Assembly (NCBI GenBank): GCA_937625935.1
Contig: OW569354.1
Location: 62,001 to 126,000 of the forward strand
Direction: 5' to 3'
Origin: Tetramitus jugosus
Taxonomy: Eukaryota; Protista; Heterolobosea
Length of the DNA stretch: 64,000 nt
Numbering within the stretch: position 1 is the first letter of the stretch; each line of letters starts with the position of its first letter. This document shows positions 12,984 to 24,795 of the stretch, piece by piece. The translations under genes were made by a program, and so were the position numbers. Under the pieces are notes generated by a model. The model saw nothing but the letters and a program-made list of their open reading frames with translations. It did no database searches and was not told the origin of the DNA.

Positions 12984-15044
12984 TTAGTTCTCACCGACGA
13001 GATCAGCGAGCAAATGACCTCTGCGATCATCTGATTGCTTCAGGTACGAAATGAGCTTTGTGACAAGAGATGGATTGGTCTGGTACCAGGCAAGTATCTC
13101 CTGTGTGCGTCCTCGATCAATCATATCACAAATGATGTCCACTTTTTCCCTTTGGAATACTTCAGAATAGGTGGCCAATAAGTTGCTTGCTTCGACATCC
13201 AAATCAATCAAATAGGATTTGCAATCGTTGGCAAGCAAGTCAGCCATCGATGCCAATCGCTCATCAGTACTGCTATACTTGTCAATCGCTTGCAATAGTA
13301 TCATAATTGTCTGGAGTGTGGGAGGACATGCTGGATTCACTTTCATAACTTGATCATAGAATGTAAATGCCGGATTGAGTATTTTTTGTGAACATAGGGT
13401 AGATAGCAATGTGTTGGCGACAACAGTTGTAAACTCCACCTCCTGCAGACTCATCTCTCGCAATGCTCTTTCAATTTGTTCATAGGTCGAACAACCAGAG
13501 AACAAAATGGAAAATGTGTAGAAATCTGGTTTCAATTGATATTGACTAGGCAGATTCTGAACAAACTGCAAGGCTTCATCAAATCTTTCCCACTTGCACA
13601 ATGACTGCAAATATCCATTAAACGTTCGCAAATCCAATTTCACTTTTGATTGCACTGCTCGATCGAGCCACATTTGAACCACTTCCATATCATATGCCTC
13701 ACTAATCGCGTTCAATATCGCTGAATAAAATCTCTCATCGACTCCATCCTGACTACCATAACTCATTTTCTGAATAATGGACAACACATGTTCCAAACAC
13801 TTTGTATACTCCTTGTGATCCATTGACAGCACATTTGCTTTCAATTGCTCCAAGAATCGAGTAATTGAAACCACACTTGGTCGCATCGAATGATGATGCA
13901 GCATCTCCCTGTACACATCAACAGCCATTGAGAACCATTGGACGGATACAAATGCCTCCACTCGCTTCTCATAATCCAACTGCCGAAACACATAACACTT
14001 GTTTGCTTGACTTTCACCTTTGGAGGATAACGTGCAATCCTTCATCAATCTCTCATAAAACGGCATGTCATGATTCTGTATCGCTTGACACAACAACAGA
14101 TTCATGTGCAACGTCAACAACTTTTCATCACGTTTCGAACATTGTTGCATCACATTGTACAACACCATTGCCACTTCATTCATCTTCATTTCCATGCACT
14201 GCAACACAACAGGGTACAACAAATCAATAGCTGAGCCCTTTCTCTCCAATTTCATCATTTGTTCAATCATTTCCTTGGCCTTGCTCTGATCCACACTAAA
14301 AACCGTGTGAACATGATTGAAAAAGGTTCGAATCATTCGATTCGTACTCATCAATGAATGTCTCATTGCAAACAAGTACAACACTTCATAGGCACTGGCC
14401 ATGACTTGATCCGAATTGGCTTGTGACATGTCTTCAAACAGGGAGAAGATGTCAGAGAGAACTTGTTGAAAATAGGCGTCATTATTGTACTGTGTGTCCT
14501 TTTTTAGATAGTCCAAACATTTGATTCCTTCGATAAATTGGTGAAAATTGATTGGATTTCTACTGATTTTATACCGATTGTGAAATTTGAATTCAGAGTG
14601 GGGAAACAAGTGTTGACGCGCAGATTTTTTCAATGATAAAATGAGTTTTTCTTCTTGTGTAAGTGGAGCTTGCTGTTGTTGCTGTTGTTGTTGTTCTATT
14701 GATGATGATGATTCTAATGATGATAATCGAGTAGTCAACTTTTTCTTATGAGTGCTATTGTTGTTATGGTTGTTATGGTTGTTGGGAGATGAATTGCGTT
14801 TCATGTTGGGTGATTGACTCTTTTTGTTCTTGTCACTTTTAGGGTTGTTACTATTATGATTGTTCATGCTACTACTACTATGAGTACCGTTATTGTTGTT
14901 GTTGTGGATGCTATTGGTACAAAAATCATGCTTGAGAAATGGGAGTAGAGAGGAAGAGAATCTGGGAGCTTTGATGACACAATTGTGAGGAGGATTAATG
15001 TTGTGTGACCAAAGTGAACTGCAACGATTGAGTATTCTGTGCAT
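12984..15044 (-). CDS. Pentatricopeptide-repeat (P-type PPR) protein, probably mitochondrial
   Basis: PPR motifs 'LDLRTFNGYLQSLCKWERFDEALQFV', 'PDFYTFSILFSGC', 'VVANTLLSTLCS'. First ATG (MHRILNRCSS) gives a presequence-like N-terminus. Confidence 0.8.
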   Translation of the reverse strand: MHRILNRCSSLWSHNINPPHNCVIKAPRFSSSLLPFLKHDFCTNSIHNNNNNGTHSSSSMNNHNSNNPKSDKNKKSQSPNMKRNSSPNNHNNHNNNSTHKKKLTTRLSSLESSSSIEQQQQQQQQAPLTQEEKLILSLKKSARQHLFPHSEFKFHNRYKISRNPINFHQFIEGIKCLDYLKKDTQYNNDAYFQQVLSDIFSLFEDMSQANSDQVMASAYEVLYLFAMRHSLMSTNRMIRTFFNHVHTVFSVDQSKAKEMIEQMMKLERKGSAIDLLYPVVLQCMEMKMNEVAMVLYNVMQQCSKRDEKLLTLHMNLLLCQAIQNHDMPFYERLMKDCTLSSKGESQANKCYVFRQLDYEKRVEAFVSVQWFSMAVDVYREMLHHHSMRPSVVSITRFLEQLKANVLSMDHKEYTKCLEHVLSIIQKMSYGSQDGVDERFYSAILNAISEAYDMEVVQMWLDRAVQSKVKLDLRTFNGYLQSLCKWERFDEALQFVQNLPSQYQLKPDFYTFSILFSGCSTYEQIERALREMSLQEVEFTTVVANTLLSTLCSQKILNPAFTFYDQVMKVNPACPPTLQTIMILLQAIDKYSSTDERLASMADLLANDCKSYLIDLDVEASNLLATYSEVFQREKVDIICDMIDRGRTQEILAWYQTNPSLVTKLISYLKQSDDRRGHLLADLVGEN

Positions 15045-15078
15045 TTTCTTTGCTTGTTCTTTCTTTTTTGGTGTGAAC

Positions 15079-15093
15079 TTTTCGCGCCGAAAA
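15079..15093. promoter_or_regulatory. E2F-like palindromic site TTTTCGCGCCGAAAA in a 104-bp bidirectional promoter
   Basis: Matches TTTSSCGC. Lies between the divergent ATGs at 15044 and 15149, upstream of a condensin-kleisin-like gene. Confidence 0.4.
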
Positions 15094-15148
15094 CAAGTAA
15101 TTCCGATTGAGTGAGGGAGAAATTTTGTATTGAACCACAAAGAAGAAA

Positions 15149-16926
15149 ATGTCAGTGAGCTTACAGGTTGTTATGGAAGATGTGGAGAAGAAGAAGCATG
15201 CAAAAGATCCCTTTCAAGAGAAATACGTTCAATATGTCACGAGTCCTTTCTTCTCTGCAGAGAGAGTGAATCAAGTGAGCAATGAAGTGATTGAAGAAGC
15301 CACGGTGCATGTGCAAACAAGGTTGGAGCTCATTCATCAAATGAACAAGACCTTACAGAAACAGTTACAATCGGTGATATCAGAAAATGATTCCATGGGC
15401 AAGAGAAAAAGGAAGAGGGCAGAACGAAAGAATACAACAGGGAAGATAGACAACCAAGGGTCTTCAGAAGAATGGATGAACATCAAAGAGTTCAATTGTC
15501 AAGATACTTATGAAATGTTCCAAAAGCTCAACGATAAAAAGTACAAGGGACCTCCTGTGATAGTTCTTGACGAGGAAGACATGGAATTTCCTTACTGTGT
15601 ACAGACCAACTCTTTACAATTCAAGTTTAGGGATACTTTTGAACAGGAATGTGTATCTCATTCAAAAAGATCTTTTTATGCTGACAAAGTTGTGATTGAA
15701 GAAGATTCAGGGGCTATGTTACTGAATCCCTCCTGGAAGAGACTGCTAAATGAAGGGAATGTGGGAGATAAGAGGGAAATCTTGGACGATGAAAACTTGT
15801 TGAATGACATTATAGAAACACTTGATTCGTCGAGTCTTATAGATTGTATAGATCTGCAACTTGATGAAGTTGAAAACAACTTTGAAACCACGGTTGAAAA
15901 CATGGACGATTTGAGTTCTGTTGAAGAATACAATGGTAGTACAGATGATTTTTCAAGGCAAGTTATTGCAGGAGAAGGAGAAGAACAAGTGGACCAACTG
16001 GAAACTGAAGATCATTTGAAAACTAGTGTTAGTACAGTCCGAACTCAACCATTAAGTATGGAAAATGAGGTACCCAAGCAGAACAAGCAGCTCCTAGCCC
16101 CGGATCAACCAAGAATTCTCAGAGATGACAGACGTCCTTACTTAGTGATAGATATGACCAAACCTATTTCTTTGCCGAAAGAGAAGAGATCTGTAGGAGT
16201 CCTAAAGTATGTAATGCTTATTCGAATGAACCAATATGTAAACCGTGTCTAACATACCAAAGGCTTAAGTCCAGTGAAGAAGAGAACTACATCACGTGGG
16301 ACAAGTTGAAGCAAATATCAAGTACTCCTACCAAGAGTTTGATTAAGAAATTTAGAGAATCTCTTCTGTCTATCAAGATTTTACGCGACAGCGATTATCG
16401 CAAGTCTCTGTTCTGGACTAATATGGAAGATATGTACCAACTCCGACAAGTATTGAGAGCAACTCCTATGTACCAACAAGAAAGAACGAAGACAATATAT
16501 GAAACTGAAGAATTGATAGATGAAGAAACCGATAAGAAACCAAATTCAGTGGAACCTGTTATGACACCTCTTCGCCAGCAACAGCAGAAGACCAACATTA
16601 GACAAGGTTCCTCGACCAATTTTTTCCAAGAGCTCTATAACAGCCTGCCTAGTACCAACTACTCAAGACGGAACAGGATTGGAATTTCTAAAATAACTTC
16701 TTACATGTCTGAAGAACTGGAAAGAACAATTACTCTGAATAGTGAAGCAAAACTATCTCAAATAACGGACGCAATTTCTCTGAAACACTTCTCCTCTCAA
16801 TCAGATGTGACCAGTTCAGATGTTACTCCTCAGAGGTACTTTATGGCTCTTATTCATCTCGCTACCAAGAAATCATCTCTCGTGCTGGAAAAGAAAGAAA
16901 ATGATATTCTGATTCGTCAGAGCTAA
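15149..16926 (+). CDS. Divergent kleisin, most like condensin subunit CAP-H/Barren; 2 exons, intron 16207-16262
   Basis: C-terminal winged-helix motif 'VTPQRYFMALIHLATKKSSLVLEKKENDILIR'. N-terminal 'EEATVHVQTRLELIHQMNKTLQKQL' and 'MNIKEFNCQDTYEMFQK' are CAP-H-like. A GTATGT..CTAAC..AG intron joins the two ORFs in frame. Confidence 0.55.
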
Positions 16927-17051
16927 GTGACTTTTTTGAATAGGAACTACAAATAAACCGCTCCTTATGCGACCGCGCTCGAGTCAAAAGAAAATATTCG
17001 CGGGAACGCTGCGATTACACACGATTCCTAACATACAGTTTTGTACTTGAT

Positions 17052-20000
17052 ATGGCCGAAACCATTGTTAGTTCTGTCGTCACTTCTTTGGGTCATGAGA
17101 GTCAAGTTACGGATTTTGTCTCCCACCAGAAAACACTTCAACCGGAGATGATTGACGAGGAAGCAGATGTTACAAGAGAAGATATGAACCTCTATGTCGA
17201 AACAGCTAAATCAAGGCTAGTGTCAGCATTCGAGGAATATCAGATCGTATTTCCCTCGACTGATGTGTTCAATCAACTCTGTTTGGTTATCGAATCCATT
17301 CTATTTCACTTTTGTTTGAATGTAGTGGAGTATGAATCGAAAAACAAGGATGATCTAAAAACAATGTACAATGCTCCTTTCAAACCAGAATACGATCATG
17401 TTTCCAATGTTGTTGTGAAGTATCGAAACAAGCACACAGAAGAGATACAAGACAAGAATCAAAGACTCCTCGTCAATGAATCACTGGCAAATGAAACACC
17501 AAACTATCTCCCCGAATCTGGTACATCCATCTCCTCGGTCCCTACTGCCGCAATTCTATCCTTGAACGAGCAACTTCGTAAACAACGAGACCTAGCCAAT
17601 TTGTATCTGTTTAAGATGAAAGAGGCAGGAGAGAGAATGAGGAAGAATGAAGTTCAAATGGAATTCATGAAGGGACAGTTATCCCGAAGAGAAGAAGATA
17701 TTAAAGAACAAAGAGAAACATTGTACAAGGAAATTTTCTTACTAAGAGAACAATTGTATCATCTCAAAGGGACTGATGCTGACGTTTTCTCAACAATGTC
17801 CTGGAAACCTACGGGAGACAGAAGAGACACTACCTCAGACACCCTGATTAATGAAAAGAATGCCAAGCTGGTGAAACAGTACTCAAAGAAGATCCAAGAT
17901 ATGACAGAGAAACATGGAGAAGAATTGAGGATTGTAAAGAATCAGATGCAGGAAAAACTAGTAAAATACAAGGACTTGCTGAAGGAACTTGAGTCCCAAG
18001 TGATAGATCTTAGTGAAAAGAAATCGAGTGGTGATTCTGAAAGAGAAAAACTTCAAAGTCAAATTGACAAGCTGACATCTGACCTTTCCGCTCTATCAAA
18101 TCAAAAGGAAATATACATTAAGCGAATACATGAAGTAGAGAACGTGAATGTAAAGTTGATGTTGGAGAATGAAAAGAAGGAAAGGGAGAAAGAAAGACTG
18201 CGTGAGAGAGTTGTTTCGTTAGCAAGACTCACTGGATCGATTGAAATCAACGGTAAAACCCTGTCTTCTGGAGAAGCTCAAGAGCTTCTTGGAAACATTG
18301 AATCCGTATCCCAGACTCTAGAAATGAAGGAGAAAGAGTACGAAGAAAGTCATCAAAGGTTACTAATGACGATTGAAGATTTACGCTCGCGATTATCCAG
18401 TGCTCATAGAGAGATGAAAAAGCATCAGGAGGACAGATTCAAGAGCTCTAATGATATTTTATCTCTGAGAATCGAATTGGAGAATATGAAAGAGAAGTAC
18501 CTCGATCTCGAAAACAAAGTTGTTACCGAAAATATGGAAGAAACCATCCAAGAAATGAAAAGATCCCTAGAAGAGAAGGATGTAATGATAACTGATCTGC
18601 TAGCTCAACTCGAAGAATATGAAAAACTAATTGCAAAGATGCAGGAGCTGCAGCCGCAAGATCTTTCCAACACTTCCCCAGCGGACGTACTACCAATACT
18701 TCAAGCAGAGAACAGAAGGTTGATTCTCGAAGTTCATTCGCATAAGATGAAGCTTCAACAACAAGAAAAGAAATACAAAGAGATGGCGGACCTTTTAATC
18801 AAACGAGAGGAAAAGATGAAGGAGTTGGAAAATCAAGTAAGAACAAATATGAGAGCTTCCAACAAGACAAGTACAACAGAAGAGAGAGATCTTTACTTTG
18901 AAGACTCGCGAACATACGATAGTTCTAGTCCTATGAGTACGCCTCCTCAATCGAGATCCAATTCCAGAACTAACTCCAGACTTGGAACCCAGGTTTCTTC
19001 AATCAATCTTCCTTCCATCAAACATTCTGATAGTGCTAAAACATCTAGTGTTGATTCAGACAGCAGCTCACCAATCGATAATACTGATAAACTAACTCTC
19101 AAACCCATCACTACAGGTGGAGTTCAGATATCCTTGAATGTGAACGATCGAAAAGAAACATCAACAGAAGGTATCACTTACCCTGTTCATCAGAGATTAC
19201 AACACCAGAAAGACAAGAAACAGGAAAAACGAAAAGCAATACTTCAAAAGCAAGAGGAAAAGTTAAAGCAAATATTGGTTGATTCTAAAATATTGCTCTC
19301 TGACACTGAAATATCCAGTCCTGTCAATGGCTCTCAATCCCCAATTTATCGATTGGAAAACAAACAAGGATTGAAATCTTATCGTCGAAGTGGTGAAACT
19401 TCAGACGTTAGATACGGTTCTCCACTGAGAGATTCTCCCTCCACAGTGCCTGATCCAAGTGAACTCATGGGTCTCTTTAACCGATCGAATGATCTTGACT
19501 CCATTAATAGTTTAGATTATCCCGAACATATGTGGAACGATATGAATGTAAGTTCTCTTCAACTTCTTTTCTTTCTTGAGGGAAAACTAACTCGTTTTAA
19601 ATTCATTAGAAAACTGTTCGTGATGAACTTGAACATAGAGATCATCTCGTAAAGAGTAAGAGTCAAATATCAAAAAGAGTTCATGAGACAGCAAAAGTTA
19701 GTCCTCTAATGTCAGTCAACGGAACTATTATGAACGACTCTGAAAAGAGAAGGCGCTCGAACAGTATCTCGAACGCTTTTATTCCAAGACTGAAGCTGCA
19801 AAATGCACAGTTTAATCCACTGATTCGAGGACCTAAAAGTGAAAGAGCCAGTTCTTCTACTCCAACCCGAATGCTCAGAAGAGTTGAAAGTGCAAGATTG
19901 CGAACCAATCGAACAACCCCACGTCCAGATCTAACTCCAGCACCTCCCAAAGCTAAACCCTCCCTTGTTACCAATTCTAGATCTTACAAAAAGGTAGAGA

Positions 20001-20326
20001 ATAATACCACACAAATTGAACCATTATCGACTCCCTCTCTTCCTGAAGAAGTGACTCAAAAAGAGAATCCTTCCATCGACGCATGTGAAGATAGTACAGA
20101 AACACCGATCACACCTCTGACTCCAATCACACCAGTCACAACTCTTCATCCCATCTCGAAGGTTGTTGTTCGAGAACGATCGGAGAGTGCATCACCTGTG
20201 CCTCTTGAAAGCAAGTACCATCCTTACACACTCAAAATATCACGAAACCCAATTCCCAATGCTGCCCAGCAATCCCTGTTATCCCGATCTGCAAGTCAAC
20301 CCAATCTGGTAACGAACCGAACATGA
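17052..20326 (+). CDS. Large coiled-coil protein with Ser/Pro-rich disordered C-terminus; intron 19548-19609
   Basis: Long heptad-rich ORF. A GTAAGT..CTAAC..TAG intron links the 866-aa and 205-aa ORFs in frame. Confidence 0.75.
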
Positions 20327-20394
20327 GAATCTCGCTAACCCTAATGACATGCACTAAACAATATTTATTCAACATACATTATGCCATGCCTGTT

Positions 20395-21573
20395 TTATTC
20401 AAATTGTAGTGGCAAAACGGTCATGGATGGATACACAGGTGCTTGTTGTTCAATTGCACCAGGAGGAGGTCGCAAGTAGAGCTCTGGATTCTTCAGAAAC
20501 TCAATCATTGCGCTCTTTTCTTGGGACTGTTGGTCTCTTCTTCTGTGTTTTCCATCGTAGGGTGTATATCGATGTTGCTTTAATTTAGATGACGCACTCC
20601 CAGAAGAAGCAGAAGCAGCATCTGCTCGATTCGGCTGCCTCTCCTGTCTTCCCCATGACAAGTGTAACCGTGATCCATGAATCATCAATTTGCCATACAA
20701 TTGTTCAATACAATTCTCTGCGTCCTCTCTCTTTTCAAACGTCACAAACGCACAGTGCTTATTCGACACTATATTTACATGCTCAACTTTTCCAAACGGA
20801 GACAACACTTTTAAGATATCATCGCGCGACACCTTCATCGAACTCTGAATTCCTCCAATGTACAATGACCGAATATTCGTGTTCTCTGGTGGATTCTTCC
20901 CCGATGAACCACTCTTTTCTTCCTGTTGTTGTCTCTGTTGCCTCAGCTGCTGCTGTTGCTGCTGTCTCTGCTGTTGCTGAAGCACAGATGATGTGCTCTG
21001 ATTCAACATTTGCAACAACTCACTAGAATTTGGAGCCATCTCATCCAACAACAAGTGCGAATTCAATCCACCTTCACTCAACATTCGATCTGCTTGTTCA
21101 GCCAAATAGGCACTCGTGACCTGAGATCTCTTGTGCTGTTGTTGTGCACTTTGACTACTAAAAGTGTTGGCCAACAGAGCTTTTGCATCTGATTTATAAT
21201 CTGTTGATCGATGACTACCACCACCACTACCACCACTACCACCACCACTTGTTGTCAGAGCTAATGATGATGATGAAGTGTCTTGAATCAGTTGAAAAGC
21301 AACATTTTCATCCATTTGAGCAGCATCTCTCACGTACTGTGGCACACTCAGATCCATATCCAACAAACAACTCTGACACAAGTGACGTATCGTTGCACAA
21401 ACTCCGCAAATCTCCGTTTTCATAGTAACTCCGCCTCTCTTCCAATGAAAAGGAGTGAAGACGCGTTGACAGAAGCGACATTCGGCACCATTGGTACGTT
21501 TTGTCATTCTCATGTATGAGGATGAAGATGGGTTGCCGAGACATCGATCACAAACAATTGGAAATTCGCTCAT
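20395..21573 (-). CDS. RBM22: Pre-mRNA splicing factor RBM22/SLT11 (Ecm2) family
   Basis: 'FPIVCDRCLG..YMRMTK..GAECRFCQRVFTPFHW..KTEICGVCATIRHLCQSCLLD..VPQYVRDAA', plus an RRM 'IRSLYIGG...CAFVTF' and C-terminal 'YPSM'. Confidence 0.88.
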   Translation of the reverse strand: MSEFPIVCDRCLGNPSSSSYMRMTKRTNGAECRFCQRVFTPFHWKRGGVTMKTEICGVCATIRHLCQSCLLDMDLSVPQYVRDAAQMDENVAFQLIQDTSSSSLALTTSGGGSGGSGGGSHRSTDYKSDAKALLANTFSSQSAQQQHKRSQVTSAYLAEQADRMLSEGGLNSHLLLDEMAPNSSELLQMLNQSTSSVLQQQQRQQQQQQLRQQRQQQEEKSGSSGKNPPENTNIRSLYIGGIQSSMKVSRDDILKVLSPFGKVEHVNIVSNKHCAFVTFEKREDAENCIEQLYGKLMIHGSRLHLSWGRQERQPNRADAASASSGSASSKLKQHRYTPYDGKHRRRDQQSQEKSAMIEFLKNPELYLRPPPGAIEQQAPVYPSMTVLPLQFE

Positions 21574-21848
21574 GATTGTTACTGTGTTTTTTTTTTGATT
21601 TGTTGGCTTGATTTTTTTTTTGGATCATCATAAATGCACGCTTCATTGAGGTGGTTGAAAGAAGTTGGGGCCATGAGAAATGAGATCTTTCTTTATGGCC
21701 ACAAGATTGAGCAAACAAGAGCTCTCATAGCTCTCAACACGATACCACTTACTCATTCAATATATTTTATCTTTTAATTAAAAAAACGATCATTCTTCTT
21801 GGATCCACTCCTCTTTTTTTTTGCAGTGCGCAATGTGCTTGATTCACT

Positions 21849-22397
21849 TTATTTCTTTGCACCTGCAGCAGCGGCAGCGGCAGCGGCAGCCTCCACAGCA
21901 GCCTTCTTCTCCTCCTCTGCCTTGGCCAACTCCTCAGCCGTGTACTCCACCTTGTAAATACCGTCCCACATGAGATATTTCATCTCTGGTGCAATATAGT
22001 CATGAGGCAACGAAAAATCATTACCACTCTCAAATGTTTCCTTCTCATTCAACACACTTTCTCTGTCAATGGTCCATGGCTTCCATTGTGCCATCTTTGA
22101 TATCAGTACAATTTCATCTTCCATGTGCATGATGACTTCTTCGACTTGTCCTCTGTTGAAAATGTCTTCTACTACTTCATAGTCATCATTCTCTTTGAGA
22201 ACTCGTTGGAAAAACTTGAAATTGTTTTCAGTGACGGTCCTGTACAGGGTGCCCTTTGGGATCTGAGCAGTCACATTGATGAGTGCATCATCACAGAGCT
22301 TGAGCATCATTTCTCGCCATCTTGGTTGAACTTCGAGGCCAACGAGACCAGTGGTCACCTTTTGTTTTCTGAATAGGGCGTTTGTGGCACGGAACAT
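21849..22397 (-). CDS. NDUFA5: NADH:ubiquinone oxidoreductase subunit NDUFA5 (B13)
   Basis: 'TTGLVGLEV', 'YRTVTE', 'GQVEEVI...E..LISKMAQWKPW'. Confidence 0.9.
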   Translation of the reverse strand: MFRATNALFRKQKVTTGLVGLEVQPRWREMMLKLCDDALINVTAQIPKGTLYRTVTENNFKFFQRVLKENDDYEVVEDIFNRGQVEEVIMHMEDEIVLISKMAQWKPWTIDRESVLNEKETFESGNDFSLPHDYIAPEMKYLMWDGIYKVEYTAEELAKAEEEKKAAVEAAAAAAAAAGAKK

Positions 22398-22634
22398 TGC
22401 TGTAATTTTTTAATCTCGTGAGTGTTGATGTCGAGGATGATATTTTTTTTTTGTTGTGGCGGCGCGGTAATAGTGTTTCTCTCTCCGCCAACAGTTTTCT
22501 CCGATTACAAGCAATTCCGTTGAGCGTTCAATGTTTCTAATCACCCCGCGCCATTTCTCAACTCACAATCTCCAACATAAAAGTTCCACAACTTGAACAA
22601 CACCTAGACAAGACAAGACAACAACAGTAACAAC

Positions 22635-23615
22635 ATGAGTAGTGAAAAACTAGAAGCAGAAACATTTAGAAAGGTTCATCCACTTGAATTCCATAAAAAA
22701 TTTCTCGAAAACAAACTGAGAATCGATGGACGATCATTGACCAACATTCGGAAGACGAGTATCACAACAGGATCACTTCAAACAACAGAGGGAAGCAGTA
22801 TGGTTAAAATTGGAAACACGAGTGTCATTTGTGGAATCAAGTGTGAAGTAACGATTCCAAAGTCGAAGCCCTACTCATCCGAAGACGAAGAATCACTCAA
22901 GCTTTCCTCACTAAAGAAGAAGTCGGCGAATAAGAATGAGAATGAGAGTGATAGTGAAAATGATGATGATGATGATAATGAGATGAGTGCATCATTGTCT
23001 GCAAAGAATGAAGGTCTCGTGCAAATCAATGTCGAATTACCATCGATTTGTTCACCTCATTATCAGCATTGGACGGATTCTCAGCAGGATGTTTCGACTG
23101 TGCAGTATCATATACAGAGTTTGTTGGTGGATCAGGGTGTAATCGATAGAAAACAGTTGTGTATTGTGGCGGGTGAGATGGTATGGGTTCTTTATGTGGA
23201 TATCTACGTGTTGGAACATGATGGAAATTTGATGGATGCTTGTTTTATTGCTGCACTTGCTGCTTTGGATAATTTGATATTGCCTAGTGTAGAGATGGAT
23301 CAAGGAGTTGTAAAGGTGGTGCCAGAAGAGCCTGGAAAGAAACTGCAACTCAATTATTACCCGATTCCATTGTCTTTTGCTGTTTTGGATGATTTTACGA
23401 TTATTGATGCAACGAGTGAGGAGGAATCATTGTCAAAGTCTCACTTTAGCATCATTTTCAATGAGAAGGGAAAGTTGTGCTCGTTCTATAAGCCTGGAGG
23501 TGCTCCTTTGATCCCGGGGAATCGACTCGGTGATTTCATGTCATTTGCAAAGCAAAGAGCCATCTCTGTTCACAGAATGATCAAGGAAGCAAACAATGTC
23601 TCTTCTCAACAATAA
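22635..23615 (+). CDS. RRP43: Exosome complex component RRP43 (RNase PH family)
   Basis: 'FRKVHPLEFHKKFLENKLRIDGR', 'GSSMVKIGNTSVICGIKCE', 'WVLYVDIYVLEHDGNLMDA', 'YKPGG'. Confidence 0.88.
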   Translation: MSSEKLEAETFRKVHPLEFHKKFLENKLRIDGRSLTNIRKTSITTGSLQTTEGSSMVKIGNTSVICGIKCEVTIPKSKPYSSEDEESLKLSSLKKKSANKNENESDSENDDDDDNEMSASLSAKNEGLVQINVELPSICSPHYQHWTDSQQDVSTVQYHIQSLLVDQGVIDRKQLCIVAGEMVWVLYVDIYVLEHDGNLMDACFIAALAALDNLILPSVEMDQGVVKVVPEEPGKKLQLNYYPIPLSFAVLDDFTIIDATSEEESLSKSHFSIIFNEKGKLCSFYKPGGAPLIPGNRLGDFMSFAKQRAISVHRMIKEANNVSSQQ

Positions 23616-23824
23616 AAGACTCAATTTGATCTCGCACACGCACTTACAAATAATACCAAGGGATAGGAGCTTTCATGTGTAATACACTCCCATCAAATCC
23701 ATCAAATCGGAGCAATTTCACCACATCCCGGCAATTCTTTTTCCCCCTTGCAATTATTTTCACACCCGACACTCTCAAAAATTTCCACAACACCAAAACA
23801 ATAGCAACAACAACAACAACAGTC

Positions 23825-24727
23825 ATGGGAAACAGTGCTTCATCACCCACGGTAGACACTACCACCATTGTCAACAACAATGAGCAACAACAAGACAACT
23901 CTCTCACATGTCCAGTCACTGGAAGGTCATCTTCATCCATGCCAACCAATCATCCAATGATGAACAACAATAACAACAACAACAACAACAATACGAATAT
24001 GAATAATATGGATGCAGCAGCTGCCATGGGATGTCCAGTCGCAGGATCATCCAAAAAACCAAACACTACGACCAATGACTCATCATCATCCTACAATGTC
24101 TATGGTCAAAAAATTGATCCAACCAATCATATGCCAGTCGTTCCCAATCAACAACCATACCCCGATCAGAAAAAGTCATTGGACACTGAGAGGATTCAAT
24201 CAAAGATACGCAAGGGCGGTACAGACTCCACATGGACCTATCCAAGTGAACAAATGTTTTTCAATGCACTAAAGAGAAAGAATAAGGCAGAGGGGATCAC
24301 TGAGGAAGACATGGAAGTGTTGTTAAAGATTCATAACGGGACGAATGAACGGGCGTGGAAGCTTGTGATGGAATGGGAGAATGCTCTTCATCAATGCGAG
24401 TGCAAGGACCCTACTTTACAACGATTTTTGGGAAAGCCCGCTGATTTGGCGCCAAAAGCTTGGATCAAATCTACGTTGATGGGATATCCAAAGCCATTTG
24501 ATAGACATGATTGGATTGTTGACAGATGTGGAAAAGAGGTGAGATATGTGCTCGATTTCTACTATGACGAGAAAATGTTGGAGGGTGATAATTTGACATT
24601 GGCCAAGAACGAAGATGGATTCCTCGTGCCAAGACATGTCGTGATTGATGCAAGACCTGCATTGGACAATTTTGAAAACTTGGTTGACAGAGTTAAATTT
24701 TTGTTCAAGCCAAAAACAGATTTATAA
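23825..24727 (+). CDS. HCCS: Holocytochrome c synthase (cytochrome c heme lyase, System III)
   Basis: Two CPV heme-regulatory motifs, 'WTYPSEQMFFNALKRK', 'IHNGTNERAW', 'PFDRHDWIVDRCGKEVRYVLDFY', 'DARPALD'. MGNSAS start is a myristoylation-type motif. Confidence 0.95.
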   Translation: MGNSASSPTVDTTTIVNNNEQQQDNSLTCPVTGRSSSSMPTNHPMMNNNNNNNNNNTNMNNMDAAAAMGCPVAGSSKKPNTTTNDSSSSYNVYGQKIDPTNHMPVVPNQQPYPDQKKSLDTERIQSKIRKGGTDSTWTYPSEQMFFNALKRKNKAEGITEEDMEVLLKIHNGTNERAWKLVMEWENALHQCECKDPTLQRFLGKPADLAPKAWIKSTLMGYPKPFDRHDWIVDRCGKEVRYVLDFYYDEKMLEGDNLTLAKNEDGFLVPRHVVIDARPALDNFENLVDRVKFLFKPKTDL

Positions 24728-24795
24728 AATCATTCATTGAATGAATACAAAATAATTAATTATTAATACAATTGATCATTATCTGAGCAATGTGT

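Noticed and set aside
12984-15044. PPR protein as a DYW-type RNA editing factor
   Set aside because: No PLS pattern, E domain or HxE/CxxC DYW deaminase motif is visible.
21669-21745. Hairpin-ACAAGA-hairpin-ACA arrangement suggesting an H/ACA snoRNA
   Set aside because: The hairpins are only about 30 nt and lack proper pseudouridylation pockets; not supportable without an Infernal or snoGPS search.
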